A DNA stretch of 49,210 nt, taken from sequence record SRR20825019_597; one strand, written 5' to 3'. The notes under the pieces were generated by a model. It made no database searches and had not been told where the DNA came from. It saw nothing but the letters and a program-made list of their open reading frames with translations. Shown piece by piece: positions 9,426-18,252 of this stretch. The translations under genes were made by a program, and so were the position numbers. Positions within the stretch are counted from its first letter, which is position 1. Each line of letters begins with the position of its first letter.

Positions 9426-10337
9426 TTACTCGACTTTAGAGCGTTTGCGGAAATTAAACCACTGATCTAAAACACCTAAGGTTGCCAGCATCATTACCAT
9501 TTGCGGCAGCATCAGCACCAACAGTACATACATCGTTACCAACCAGGCTTTACTTTTCTGTCTGAACTTCACAATCGCATGCACGATAGCGAGGCCCTGC
9601 ATCCCGAAAGCCACCAGCATCACCGGCAAGCAATCTGCCAGCAATCTCAGCGAATCACTGAGTGGTGTCAATGTCAGCCCCATCAGCAGCGCGGTCAGAA
9701 TGGCTGCAGGTCGACCCAGCTCCAGTTCTCTGAACTCATTGCCGAAAGCGCCCGCATTAAACAGCTGTGATTGCCAGGCGCGGCCGATAAGCAAACCGAT
9801 AACCGCGTTAAAGCTGACACCGGCAGCAATCAAGCCGGTCATCATGACCGCCAGGTTGTTCGTCATCTCGGCTGTTTCATCCTGCCCTAATTGCCAGCCG
9901 GGCTGTTCACTGAGCGACGCCATGAAAGGCTCGATCATTTCGCGCCACCAGCCGGTCAGGTCAGGAACCAGCAAATGCAACAGTAGAATGGTCAGTATGC
10001 CCAGTCCGCTTGACGCCAGCAGTGCTGTTGCCAGAGAACGGGAAAAGCCCAGTGCCAGTGTAGCCAGAAAAACCGGCAGCCAACTGGTCAACAGGATTAA
10101 ACCGGCCACCCAGGGTTGTCCCAGTAAGAACCAGGCCATCAGCGTGAACACCACCAGTGTGGCAGTCACAACTTTAGCCCCCTCTCCGGGCCCCATTCGC
10201 AGGGTTGTCAGCGCGATGACGCCACTCGCCAGATAATTCAGCGGTGGCAGCATCATAGCTGCTGCAGACAGCAGCGCCGCGGTAACGCCCGCTTGCCATC
10301 TGCCCTGCATGGCAAAATCTGCAATTCCTCGCAGCAT
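9426..10337 (-). CDS. DUF2232/YybS-like multi-pass membrane protein
   Basis: Many hydrophobic helices, GRAWQSQLFNAGAFGNEFREL motif, position between rpsR and rplI as in Pseudomonas-like genomes. Confidence 0.8.
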   Translation of the reverse strand: MLRGIADFAMQGRWQAGVTAALLSAAAMMLPPLNYLASGVIALTTLRMGPGEGAKVVTATLVVFTLMAWFLLGQPWVAGLILLTSWLPVFLATLALGFSRSLATALLASSGLGILTILLLHLLVPDLTGWWREMIEPFMASLSEQPGWQLGQDETAEMTNNLAVMMTGLIAAGVSFNAVIGLLIGRAWQSQLFNAGAFGNEFRELELGRPAAILTALLMGLTLTPLSDSLRLLADCLPVMLVAFGMQGLAIVHAIVKFRQKSKAWLVTMYVLLVLMLPQMVMMLATLGVLDQWFNFRKRSKVE

Positions 10338-10378
10338 GATAATGAACTAACGTTAATCAGGTGTTTGAATCAACTGAA

Positions 10379-10606
10379 TTACTTGTGCATGTCGCAGTAA
10401 GGCAACAATGCCAGGAAACGCGCACGCTTCACACAAGTAGACAGCTGGCGTTGGTAACGCGCTTTGGTACCTGTGATACGGCTGGGTACAATTTTTCCTG
10501 TTTCAGTGACATAATTTTTCAGCAAATTGATATCTTTGTAGTCGATTTGCTTAATACCTTCAGCGGTAAAGCGACAAAATTTTCTACGTCTAAAAAAACG
10601 AGCCAT
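10379..10606 (-). CDS. rpsR: 30S ribosomal protein S18
   Basis: [38 protein letters not shown]. Confidence 0.99.
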   Translation of the reverse strand: MARFFRRRKFCRFTAEGIKQIDYKDINLLKNYVTETGKIVPSRITGTKARYQRQLSTCVKRARFLALLPYCDMHK

Positions 10607-10635
10607 TGTGATTCTCCTAAATAGTCAATGCAGCC

Positions 10636-10974
10636 TTAAGCTGATTTTTTATCTTCTTCTTTTTGCATCATGGGTGACGGTTCAGTAACCGCTTCGTCCA
10701 TGTTGACAACCAGATGACGGATAACAGCATCGTTGAAACGGAAAGCCGTGGTGACTTCGTTGAGTTGCTCAACGTCGCACTCGACATTCATCAGAACGTA
10801 GTGAGCTTTGTGCACTTTATTGATGGGATATGCCAGTTGACGACGACCCCAATCTTCCTGACGGTGGATAGTACCGCCCTGGCTTGTCAGCGTTTGTGTG
10901 TAACGCTCGATCATGCCGGGGACTTGCTCGCTCTGGTCAGGGTGGACCAAAAACACAATTTCGTAATGTCTCAT
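10636..10974 (-). CDS. rpsF: 30S ribosomal protein S6
   Basis: [37 protein letters not shown]. Confidence 0.99.
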   Translation of the reverse strand: MRHYEIVFLVHPDQSEQVPGMIERYTQTLTSQGGTIHRQEDWGRRQLAYPINKVHKAHYVLMNVECDVEQLNEVTTAFRFNDAVIRHLVVNMDEAVTEPSPMMQKEEDKKSA

Positions 10975-10979
10975 TAGAG

Positions 10980-11026
10980 CTCCTCACGGTTTAAACAGCT
11001 TTATGGGCGACCCACAAAGCAAGGAG
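10980..11026 (-). promoter_or_regulatory. S6:S18 ribosomal protein autoregulatory leader
   Basis: Minus strand CUCCU...GCUUUGUGGG-UCG-CCCAUAAAGC...AAACCGUG-AGGAG: basal stem sequesters the SD, with an upper stem and a CCG motif in the 3' internal loop, matching the described S6:S18 leader architecture. Confidence 0.75.
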
Positions 11027-11084
11027 TTTTGCCTGATAAATATATCAGAGGCAATCTATCATTTTACTTGATTTTTTCTGCCAC

Positions 11085-11825
11085 TCACAAGTGGCGTTGA
11101 CGATAAGCTTCAAACAGGCACACGCCTGCCGCGACAGAAACATTGAGGCTCTCCGCCTCTCCCCGCATCGGGATATAAATCACCTGATCACAGTTTTCAC
11201 GGGTGAGGCGGCGGATTCCCTTGCCTTCAGCACCCAGGACAATCGCCACCGGTCCTTTCAGATCGACCTCGAACACACTTTGTTCAGCACCGCCAGAAGT
11301 GCCCACCAGCCACACACCGAGCTGCTGCAGATCTTTCATCAGCCGCGAAAGATTAGTGACCTGCGCAAACGGCACCCGTTCTGCGGCACCGCTGGAAATT
11401 TTCACAGCTGTGGCTGTCAGGCCTGAGGCGCGATCTTTGGGTGCGACCACGGCATGGACACCGGCCGCTTCGGCTGTTCGCAGACAGGCACCCAGATTAT
11501 GTGGATCCTGCACACCGTCCAGAATCAGCAAGAAGGACGGCTCATCCAGATTTTCAACCAGATCCAGCAGCCCCTTTTCATCGAGACTTTCCAGCGGTTT
11601 ACAGCGGGCCGCGCAGCCTTGGTGCTGGACTTCCGGTGCAATCTTATCGAGGGTTTCCCGCTCAGCTTTATGCACCACAATGCCCTGCTCTCTAGCTGCA
11701 GTAAGTATGGCATCAACCCGTTGATCTTGACGATCGGCAGCAAGCCAGATCTCCCTGATTCGGCTGACCGGGACATCCAGCGCGGCCTGCACGGCGTGCA
11801 GGCCATAAATGATCTCAGGATCAAT
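11085..11825 (-). CDS. rlmB: 23S rRNA (guanosine2251-2'-O)-methyltransferase; start codon uncertain
   Basis: EIIYGLHAV, HQG, LDGVQDPHNLGACLRT, GAEGKG and ESLNVSVA SPOUT motifs. The conserved N-terminus lies upstream of the GTG at 11792; in-frame ATT at 11825 or CTG at 11876 are the candidate starts. Confidence 0.93.
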   Translation of the reverse strand: MDPEIIYGLHAVQAALDVPVSRIREIWLAADRQDQRVDAILTAAREQGIVVHKAERETLDKIAPEVQHQGCAARCKPLESLDEKGLLDLVENLDEPSFLLILDGVQDPHNLGACLRTAEAAGVHAVVAPKDRASGLTATAVKISSGAAERVPFAQVTNLSRLMKDLQQLGVWLVGTSGGAEQSVFEVDLKGPVAIVLGAEGKGIRRLTRENCDQVIYIPMRGEAESLNVSVAAGVCLFEAYRQRHL

Positions 11826-11853
11826 CGCTGTGTGTGATGCAGTTTTTGCTGGT

Positions 11854-12528
11854 TTACGGCGCTTGGTAGGCTTCAGATTCCTGCCCTTCTACAATCGGTT
11901 TAACAAACAGTTCAACACGACGGTTGAGCTGACGGCCGGCTTCGGTTTCGTTGGTTGCCCGGGGCTCCAGTTCACCGCGACCAGTGGCTGTGAGGCGGCT
12001 CCGCTCGACACCGTGAGAGGCCAGATAATCGGCGACTGACTGGGCACGGCGCTCCGAGAGACGCTGATTGTAACTTTCCGAACCGACACTGTCAGTATGA
12101 CCGACAACATGAATAACTGTTTTCGGATAACGCTGCAGTACATCGGCTACCTTATTCAAAGTGGGAGTGAATGCCGGCTTCAGTGATGCACTATCGAAAT
12201 CAAACGAGACTTCACTGGCAATATCAATTTTCAGTGTTTCATTTTCAAGCTGTTGGATTTGCAGCTCATTCCTGGCCTGTTCATCTGCCAGCGCCTGCTC
12301 GAATTCTCTTTGTTGATTATCCATGTAACGGCCGACACCAGCACCCGCAAGGGCACCAACAGCCGCACCGGCAACGACGCCACCGGTGCCATCATCGACA
12401 GCATACCCCAGCAGAGCGCCGGCAGCCGCACCGACAGCCGCACCTGTTTTGGTTCTTTTGTTGGGATCCTCTGCAGCACAGCCCGTTAGCGTCGCTGCAA
12501 TCAAAGTCGCCAATACAATTTTTTTCAT
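11854..12528 (-). CDS. OmpA-family lipoprotein with glycine zipper (YiaD-like)
   Basis: Lipobox LTGC, GAAVGAAAGA zipper, GHTDSVGS..YNQRLSERRA and NRRVE OmpA_C motifs; start MKKIV at 12528. Confidence 0.9.
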   Translation of the reverse strand: MKKIVLATLIAATLTGCAAEDPNKRTKTGAAVGAAAGALLGYAVDDGTGGVVAGAAVGALAGAGVGRYMDNQQREFEQALADEQARNELQIQQLENETLKIDIASEVSFDFDSASLKPAFTPTLNKVADVLQRYPKTVIHVVGHTDSVGSESYNQRLSERRAQSVADYLASHGVERSRLTATGRGELEPRATNETEAGRQLNRRVELFVKPIVEGQESEAYQAP

Positions 12529-12604
12529 TTCGAATCCTCCGTGGTTTATCAGCATTCTAGACCCTTGTCAGTATGGTGACTATACTGGGTTTGCCCGATA
12601 AAAA

Positions 12605-13135
12605 ATGAGACACATGTATATGGAAGCGGAATTCATTCCCGTCAACATCGCTATCTTGACAGTATCGGATAGCCGTACCTTTGACAACGATACCTCAGGT
12701 AAAGTGCTGGAGGACCGAGCCAAAGCAGATGGGCATCATATAGTCGACAGACAGATTGTAGCGGACGATATTTATCAGATCCGTGCCATTGTCTCGCAGT
12801 GGATCGCTCATCCTGGGATCAATGCCATCGTCACCACCGGCGGCACTGGCCTGACCGGCCGTGATGGCACACCGGAAGCAGTTAGAGTGTTATTCGATAA
12901 AGAGATAGAAGGGTTCGGCGAGTTATTTCGCTTTCTTTCCTATCAGATAATCAAAACTTCCACCGTGCAATCACGCGCGATTGCCGGTGTCGCCAATGCC
13001 ACTTTTATTTTTTGTTTGCCGGGTTCTTCCGGCGCCTGTCGCACCGGTTGGGATGAAATCCTTCACGAACAACTGGATAAACGACACAAACCCTGCAATT
13101 TTGTTGAGTTGATGCCGCGTTTACTGGAAAAATAA
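12605..13135 (+). CDS. moaB: Molybdenum cofactor biosynthesis protein B
   Basis: LTVSDSR..DTSG, TTGGTGLTGRDGTPEA, QSRA, LPGS and PCNF motifs; start may be a few codons downstream. Confidence 0.93.
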   Translation: MRHMYMEAEFIPVNIAILTVSDSRTFDNDTSGKVLEDRAKADGHHIVDRQIVADDIYQIRAIVSQWIAHPGINAIVTTGGTGLTGRDGTPEAVRVLFDKEIEGFGELFRFLSYQIIKTSTVQSRAIAGVANATFIFCLPGSSGACRTGWDEILHEQLDKRHKPCNFVELMPRLLEK

Positions 13136-13380
13136 TGCAGATCATTTTATTCACCACTGAAGGCTGTCATCTGTGTGAACAGGCCCATGAATTACTGCTC
13201 AATATCGCAGATAAACAACCCTTGGAAATCGCCCTGCAGGAAATTGGCGACGATGATGCTTTAGTGGCACGATACGGAATCCGCATTCCAGTGGTGCAGT
13301 TTCCCGATCAGCGGGAACTGGACTGGCCTTTCAGCCAGTCGGATGTCGAGGCGATTATCTCCAGAAAAATCAATCAATAA
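13135..13380 (+). CDS. Glutaredoxin-like protein (DUF836)
   Basis: GCHLC CxxC, RYGIRIPV cis-Pro motif, ELDWPF; translationally coupled to moaB. Confidence 0.88.
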   Translation: MQIILFTTEGCHLCEQAHELLLNIADKQPLEIALQEIGDDDALVARYGIRIPVVQFPDQRELDWPFSQSDVEAIISRKINQ

Positions 13381-13449
13381 CGGGAGTTCACAGGAACTTC
13401 ACCTGGGGCGGATAACTCTTACTCAAGTAAGTGTGTTCGGAGTTCAGTT

Positions 13450-14343
13450 ATGCCCATTAAAACCCTTCAGTTGCTGCTGTTCATCTTTACAGCAGTTCTG
13501 CTTAACTCGGCCAAAGCCAACCAGTTTCCACCAGTACCGGGCAAACGCTACGATGTGGGTGGTTACAGCATACATATGCTTTGCCGTGGTCAGGGCGAAC
13601 CCACGGTAATTATTGACGCTGGTCTGGGCGATGATTCCACTGACTGGTTTGAAATTCAGAACCGCACGGCGCTAGAAACCCGCGTCTGTGTATTCGATAG
13701 ACCCGGCTACGGATGGAGCGATGCCGGTCCGCAGCCTCGTAACAGCCTTCGCATTTCGCACGAAATAGAAAAGCTCACTCAGAAAGCCAATATTCCCGGT
13801 CCCTACGTCTTGGTAGGCCACTCTTTCGGCGGCTATAACATCCGGGTTTTTGCTGCTCAAAACCCCGGCAAAATCGCCGGTATGGTGCTGGTTGATGCCT
13901 CACATGAAGAGCAATACGAAATCCTGGACATCAAACTGCCCAAGCATTTTGACAGAAAGGGGAATATCCTGGTGCTGCCCAAGTTTGAGGACTCCGAATC
14001 GGTTTTAAATAAACACCGTGTACTCAGAGAAAGAGCCTTCCACGCGGCGAGAGCTGAGATATCCTCTCTCTATGAGAGCGCTAACCAAGTCAAGCAGTAC
14101 GGCGACATGCCCAAGGTCCCGCTTATTGTTATCAGCCGAGGCCGCTCCGAATGGATGGGCAGTGAAGCTGCTGAATCACGCGAAAAGGTGTGGATGAGTC
14201 TGCAGCATGATCTATGGAAATTGTCGCCCATCAGCCAGCAGATATTTGCCAAACACAGCGGTCATGATATTCACCTTGATGAACCCGGAGTCGTAGTCTC
14301 TGCCATCAACGATGTAGTAGCAATGAGCCGGGTTATGAATTGA
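13450..14343 (+). CDS. Secreted alpha/beta-fold hydrolase
   Basis: Signal-peptide-like N-terminus, FDRPGYGWSD, GHSFGG nucleophile elbow, SGHDIH catalytic His. Confidence 0.88.
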   Translation: MPIKTLQLLLFIFTAVLLNSAKANQFPPVPGKRYDVGGYSIHMLCRGQGEPTVIIDAGLGDDSTDWFEIQNRTALETRVCVFDRPGYGWSDAGPQPRNSLRISHEIEKLTQKANIPGPYVLVGHSFGGYNIRVFAAQNPGKIAGMVLVDASHEEQYEILDIKLPKHFDRKGNILVLPKFEDSESVLNKHRVLRERAFHAARAEISSLYESANQVKQYGDMPKVPLIVISRGRSEWMGSEAAESREKVWMSLQHDLWKLSPISQQIFAKHSGHDIHLDEPGVVVSAINDVVAMSRVMN

Positions 14344-14387
14344 TTCTCAAACTGGCTATACTGTGTCCCTTTTGCAGAGCACAGTAG

Positions 14388-15533
14388 ATGACCATTCAGT
14401 ACGTGGATACCAGTGAAAGCCTGACAGACTTTTGTCGGCAGCTTGCCGGCAGTGATTGGCTGGCTGTTGATACCGAATTCCACCGCGAAAAGACTTATTA
14501 TCCCGAGCTGTGCCTGATCCAGGTTGCCAATGACGAGGTGATTGCCTGCATCGATCCACTGGCGATTGATGATCTCACCCCCTTGCTGGATCTGTTTTAC
14601 CAGGATGACATCACCCTGGTGTTTCATGCGGCCCGCCAGGATCTGGAATTGTTTTTCCTGTTACGAAACAGTCTGCCTCCGCATGTTTTCGACACCCAAC
14701 TGGCGGCCACGGTGCTGGGTTATGGTGATCAGATTGGCTACGGTAATCTGGTTAAACAATGTCTTGATGTCGAACTCGACAAAGCTCACGCCCGAACTGA
14801 CTGGCGTCAGAGACCGTTATCAACAGAGCAACTGGAATATGCCGCTGATGATGTTCGCTATCTCCGCACGCTTTACCATCAACTGAAAGACAAGCTTGAA
14901 GAAACAGGTCGAACGGCCTGGCTAAAAGAAGACTTTGCTGCCTTATCAGCCGTTAAAACCTATGAAGAAGATCCCAGCAAAAGTTGGCTTCGGATTAAAG
15001 GTGCCGGACGCCTCAAACCTTCACAGCTAGCGGTTCTGCAACAACTCGGTGCCTGGCGTGAACAACGGGCTATCAAACATAATCTGCCGAGAAAATGGGT
15101 ACTGAAAGATGACGTCATGCTGGATTTGGCCCGGTTTGCGCCAAGCTCTGCAGAAGGTATGAAAAAAATCCGCGGTATGGAACAAAGAGATATTGATCGC
15201 CATGGAAAAGCCGTGCTGGAGGCCATCGAGAAAGGCAAGGCTATACCGAAATCTGAATGGCCGGTGATCAAACGGCCAACCCCGCTGACCAATCAGCAGG
15301 ATGCCGTTGTTGATGCCCTGATGGCATTACTTCGGCAGCGTTGTGATGAGCAAAATATTACCCCGGTGGCTGTGGCCAGCCGTAAACATGTTGAGGCACT
15401 GGTCAGGGGTGAGGACACGACACTGCAACAAGGCTGGCGACATGAAATTGTCGGTCAGCAACTGGAAGACTTTCTCAATGGTAAGCTCAGCCTGAGCGGC
15501 TCACCCGAACAACTCGAAATTCAACAAAGGTAA
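14388..15533 (+). CDS. rnd: Ribonuclease D
   Basis: AVDTEF, FHAARQD, FDTQLAA, DWRQRPLS and YAADDV DEDDy motifs plus HRDC (WREQRA) domain. Confidence 0.96.
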   Translation: MTIQYVDTSESLTDFCRQLAGSDWLAVDTEFHREKTYYPELCLIQVANDEVIACIDPLAIDDLTPLLDLFYQDDITLVFHAARQDLELFFLLRNSLPPHVFDTQLAATVLGYGDQIGYGNLVKQCLDVELDKAHARTDWRQRPLSTEQLEYAADDVRYLRTLYHQLKDKLEETGRTAWLKEDFAALSAVKTYEEDPSKSWLRIKGAGRLKPSQLAVLQQLGAWREQRAIKHNLPRKWVLKDDVMLDLARFAPSSAEGMKKIRGMEQRDIDRHGKAVLEAIEKGKAIPKSEWPVIKRPTPLTNQQDAVVDALMALLRQRCDEQNITPVAVASRKHVEALVRGEDTTLQQGWRHEIVGQQLEDFLNGKLSLSGSPEQLEIQQR

Positions 15534-15537
15534 CGTT

Positions 15538-16434
15538 ATGTCAGCTTTGATTTGTGGCTCATTTGCCTATGACAGCATTATGGTTTTCCCGGATCAGTTT
15601 AAAAACCACATTCTGCCGGACAAGGTGCATATGCTGAATGTGGCTTTTCTGGTACCCGAATTGCGAAAGGAATTCGGTGGCTGTGCCGGTAACATTGCCT
15701 ATAATCTGAAGCTGCTTGGTGATGAGCCCGTTCCCATGGGCACGGTAGGTACCGACTTCGGTCCCTATGCTGACTGGATGGATCAGAACAACATCAGCCG
15801 CAAACATGTTCATGTCAAAGAAGGCCATTACACCGCTCAGGCTTTCATCACGACTGACATGGACGACAACCAGATCACCGCCTTCCACCCCGGTGCGATG
15901 AACCTGGCTCATGAGACGCACATTTCAGAAGCTGACAACATCAAACTGGCGATAGTCGCGCCGGACGGTCGTGATGGCATGGTGCAACATGCCCAGCAAC
16001 TTAAACAGGCCGGCATTCCGTTTATCTTCGATCCAGGTCAGGGCCTGCCGATGTTCAATGGCGATGAACTGATGCAGTTTGCTGAAGAGGCTACCTACAT
16101 CGCCCTGAATGATTATGAAGCCCAGCTGTTTATGGATAGAACCGGTCTGCCGGAAGAAGAAATTGCACGCCATGTTGACGCTTTAATTATCACCCGCGGT
16201 GCGCAAGGTTCGCATATCTTCACTGAAGGAAGAAAGATAGAAATTCCGTGCCAACAAGCAAAAGCCGTTGTCGATCCCACCGGCTGCGGTGATGCCTACC
16301 GAGCCGGTTTATTACACGGCATAATGAATGGCAAAGACTGGGAAGAAACAGGCAGAATCGCAGCCATGATGGGCGCGATTAAAATCGCCCATCATGGTAC
16401 GCAGAATCACCTAATTGATTTTAAAAATACTTAA
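15538..16434 (+). CDS. PfkB-family carbohydrate kinase (bacterial adenosine kinase-like)
   Basis: ICGSFAYD, GGCAGNIAY, NQITAFHPGAM, FDPGQ and DPTGCGDAYRAG motifs. Confidence 0.88.
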   Translation: MSALICGSFAYDSIMVFPDQFKNHILPDKVHMLNVAFLVPELRKEFGGCAGNIAYNLKLLGDEPVPMGTVGTDFGPYADWMDQNNISRKHVHVKEGHYTAQAFITTDMDDNQITAFHPGAMNLAHETHISEADNIKLAIVAPDGRDGMVQHAQQLKQAGIPFIFDPGQGLPMFNGDELMQFAEEATYIALNDYEAQLFMDRTGLPEEEIARHVDALIITRGAQGSHIFTEGRKIEIPCQQAKAVVDPTGCGDAYRAGLLHGIMNGKDWEETGRIAAMMGAIKIAHHGTQNHLIDFKNT

Positions 16435-18236
16435 GGGACTGCAAAATCTCCTGGCCAAGCACAAGTGTTGACCGTGTCACCAATTGTTCTAATACACTCA
16501 GCATAAACTGTGGAGTTAGTAGGTTTGTTCCCGTCACCACCATATATAGTAGTGGCAACGGTATCTGAGGGGACAGCACAGGCATAGAAATCATCTGCAA
16601 CACCGTTATCAGAGATGTTAGTGTAGCAACTACCCCCCTCAGAAATATAAAGTCTAAGCTCGTCAGAGTTAGCAGCTACACTCTGTAATATTGTTTTTGA
16701 AGGGTTTGTGCCACCAGAGTAAGCTAATTCGCTCCCAACCTCATTAGGTGAACTCATCACCCTTACAATTTCACGCATTGCAAGTGCAATTGGGTTAGTG
16801 CTATTGCCTTGGTTATAATCAAGATTGATGTTATCGCCATTGTCGAAAAGTGTCTTGTGGCAGTTTTGATAAGACCCTGAGACGTTTCCTCTCTCGATAA
16901 TAAGAAAATTATGATTCGAATATGATCTATTTATACCCTCTGAAGACTGTGTGCCATCAGCGTTCATCCTTCGACTGACATAAAGTCTTTTGGTTACTGG
17001 GAGATAATAATCCTCTGGAGAAGGAGTGCCATTGGGATCATTTGTGAGCACGTTGGCAACACTAGAATAATTGGAAGTATCCTCAAGGAAACAAACCTTC
17101 TCACGGCCGCCACCTTGAGAATCTAGTCCCAGTAGCCCGACATCACCAAACTCACCGCCCGGCCCCACATTACGAGATTGAATATCAGCAACAGAAACAT
17201 TGGTAGAACACCCATTTCCATTGGGGAATACACCTGTACTAGCATCAAAATTACCTATGCCGTCACGTAAATCTGTGGGACTGGTAGGAATTTCTTCACA
17301 ATTGCCAGCATAGATACATTCATAATTGAGAACATCTACTGAGGCACCGTTTATTATCTCTGACGATACGCCCGAAACATAACATGCATTAACGTCGCTG
17401 GATGTCCATGCCACATTGATATTGCTAAGTGTGCCGGTGTTAGAATACACCTTTCCTCTCGTACGGAGAGGCACGCCACCAAAGTGGTTTTGTATGTAAC
17501 GACAGTCAGCGTTGGTTTCGCAGACAAAAACGGCTATCACGCCCTGGTCTACAAAGAAATAAGAACTGTCATCTGTGGCGTAGTACCTTGAGTCTAGGGC
17601 GATTTGCTTGAGGGTGACATTAATGGTGTTGAGAACATTGCCTTCTGCATCAACTTCATCGACCTCAACCGTTATTTGCTTGTCAGAACCTGGGGTTCCA
17701 CTCACCACCTGAGAATTTGGGGCATTAAAAACATTTTCAGAAGCCACATCTTCAGATGCATTTTGTCGAGGGCTTGGCACCGCTGCCGTGCCGGCACTAT
17801 CATCCGATGCTGCAAGAATACTTTTAGCAGGATCTATCCAGGCGATTTCTGAGACTGTAGCAACTTCTTTTTGATCTGAATTAGGCCCCCATAAAACATT
17901 GACTTCAATTTGCTTCCTATTGGGTGCACCACTTAAAAATGAGGGGACGTCAGAAACGGTCCACGACCTAGCGAATGTGGCATTGGTACCATTTATTGTG
18001 TCGTTGCCTGATGAAATCGCATTATGCCCACCCACTTCAACTTTATTGCGAAATTCTTCAACTTTTTGCTCAGCAAGTGAGATGGCTTCAGATCTAGCTT
18101 TTGTTTCGCCACTGGACTTGAGTAACTCCCCCTCAAAGGACGCCAGAGCAAGCAAGCCTACAGCTACAATCACAACAGCAACAAGCACCTCAACGAGTCC
18201 TATGCCTCTCTGTCCTGCTAATCTATTACTAAGCAT
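16431..18236 (-). CDS. PilV-like minor pilin with large Cys-rich C-terminal domain (601 aa)
   Basis: Class III signal QRG|IGLVEVLVAVVIVAVGLLAL, then A..LAEQKVEEFR and F.RSWTV typical of PilV-like pilins; ~450 aa extra domain with 12 Cys; ATG at 18236. Confidence 0.8.
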   Translation of the reverse strand: MLSNRLAGQRGIGLVEVLVAVVIVAVGLLALASFEGELLKSSGETKARSEAISLAEQKVEEFRNKVEVGGHNAISSGNDTINGTNATFARSWTVSDVPSFLSGAPNRKQIEVNVLWGPNSDQKEVATVSEIAWIDPAKSILAASDDSAGTAAVPSPRQNASEDVASENVFNAPNSQVVSGTPGSDKQITVEVDEVDAEGNVLNTINVTLKQIALDSRYYATDDSSYFFVDQGVIAVFVCETNADCRYIQNHFGGVPLRTRGKVYSNTGTLSNINVAWTSSDVNACYVSGVSSEIINGASVDVLNYECIYAGNCEEIPTSPTDLRDGIGNFDASTGVFPNGNGCSTNVSVADIQSRNVGPGGEFGDVGLLGLDSQGGGREKVCFLEDTSNYSSVANVLTNDPNGTPSPEDYYLPVTKRLYVSRRMNADGTQSSEGINRSYSNHNFLIIERGNVSGSYQNCHKTLFDNGDNINLDYNQGNSTNPIALAMREIVRVMSSPNEVGSELAYSGGTNPSKTILQSVAANSDELRLYISEGGSCYTNISDNGVADDFYACAVPSDTVATTIYGGDGNKPTNSTVYAECIRTIGDTVNTCAWPGDFAVP

Positions 18237-18252
18237 AGTCTTACCCTCCGGT

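Noticed and set aside
10607..10635. Absence of priB between rpsF and rpsR
   Set aside because: Common in non-enteric Gammaproteobacteria such as Pseudomonas; not unusual
12340..12450. GC-rich quasi-repeats (GCCGCACC...)
   Set aside because: Explained by the glycine-zipper codons of the OmpA lipoprotein; not CRISPR
13381..13449. Short stems and a GGAGTTCA direct repeat upstream of the hydrolase
   Set aside because: Weak, short and not matching any riboswitch consensus I recognise
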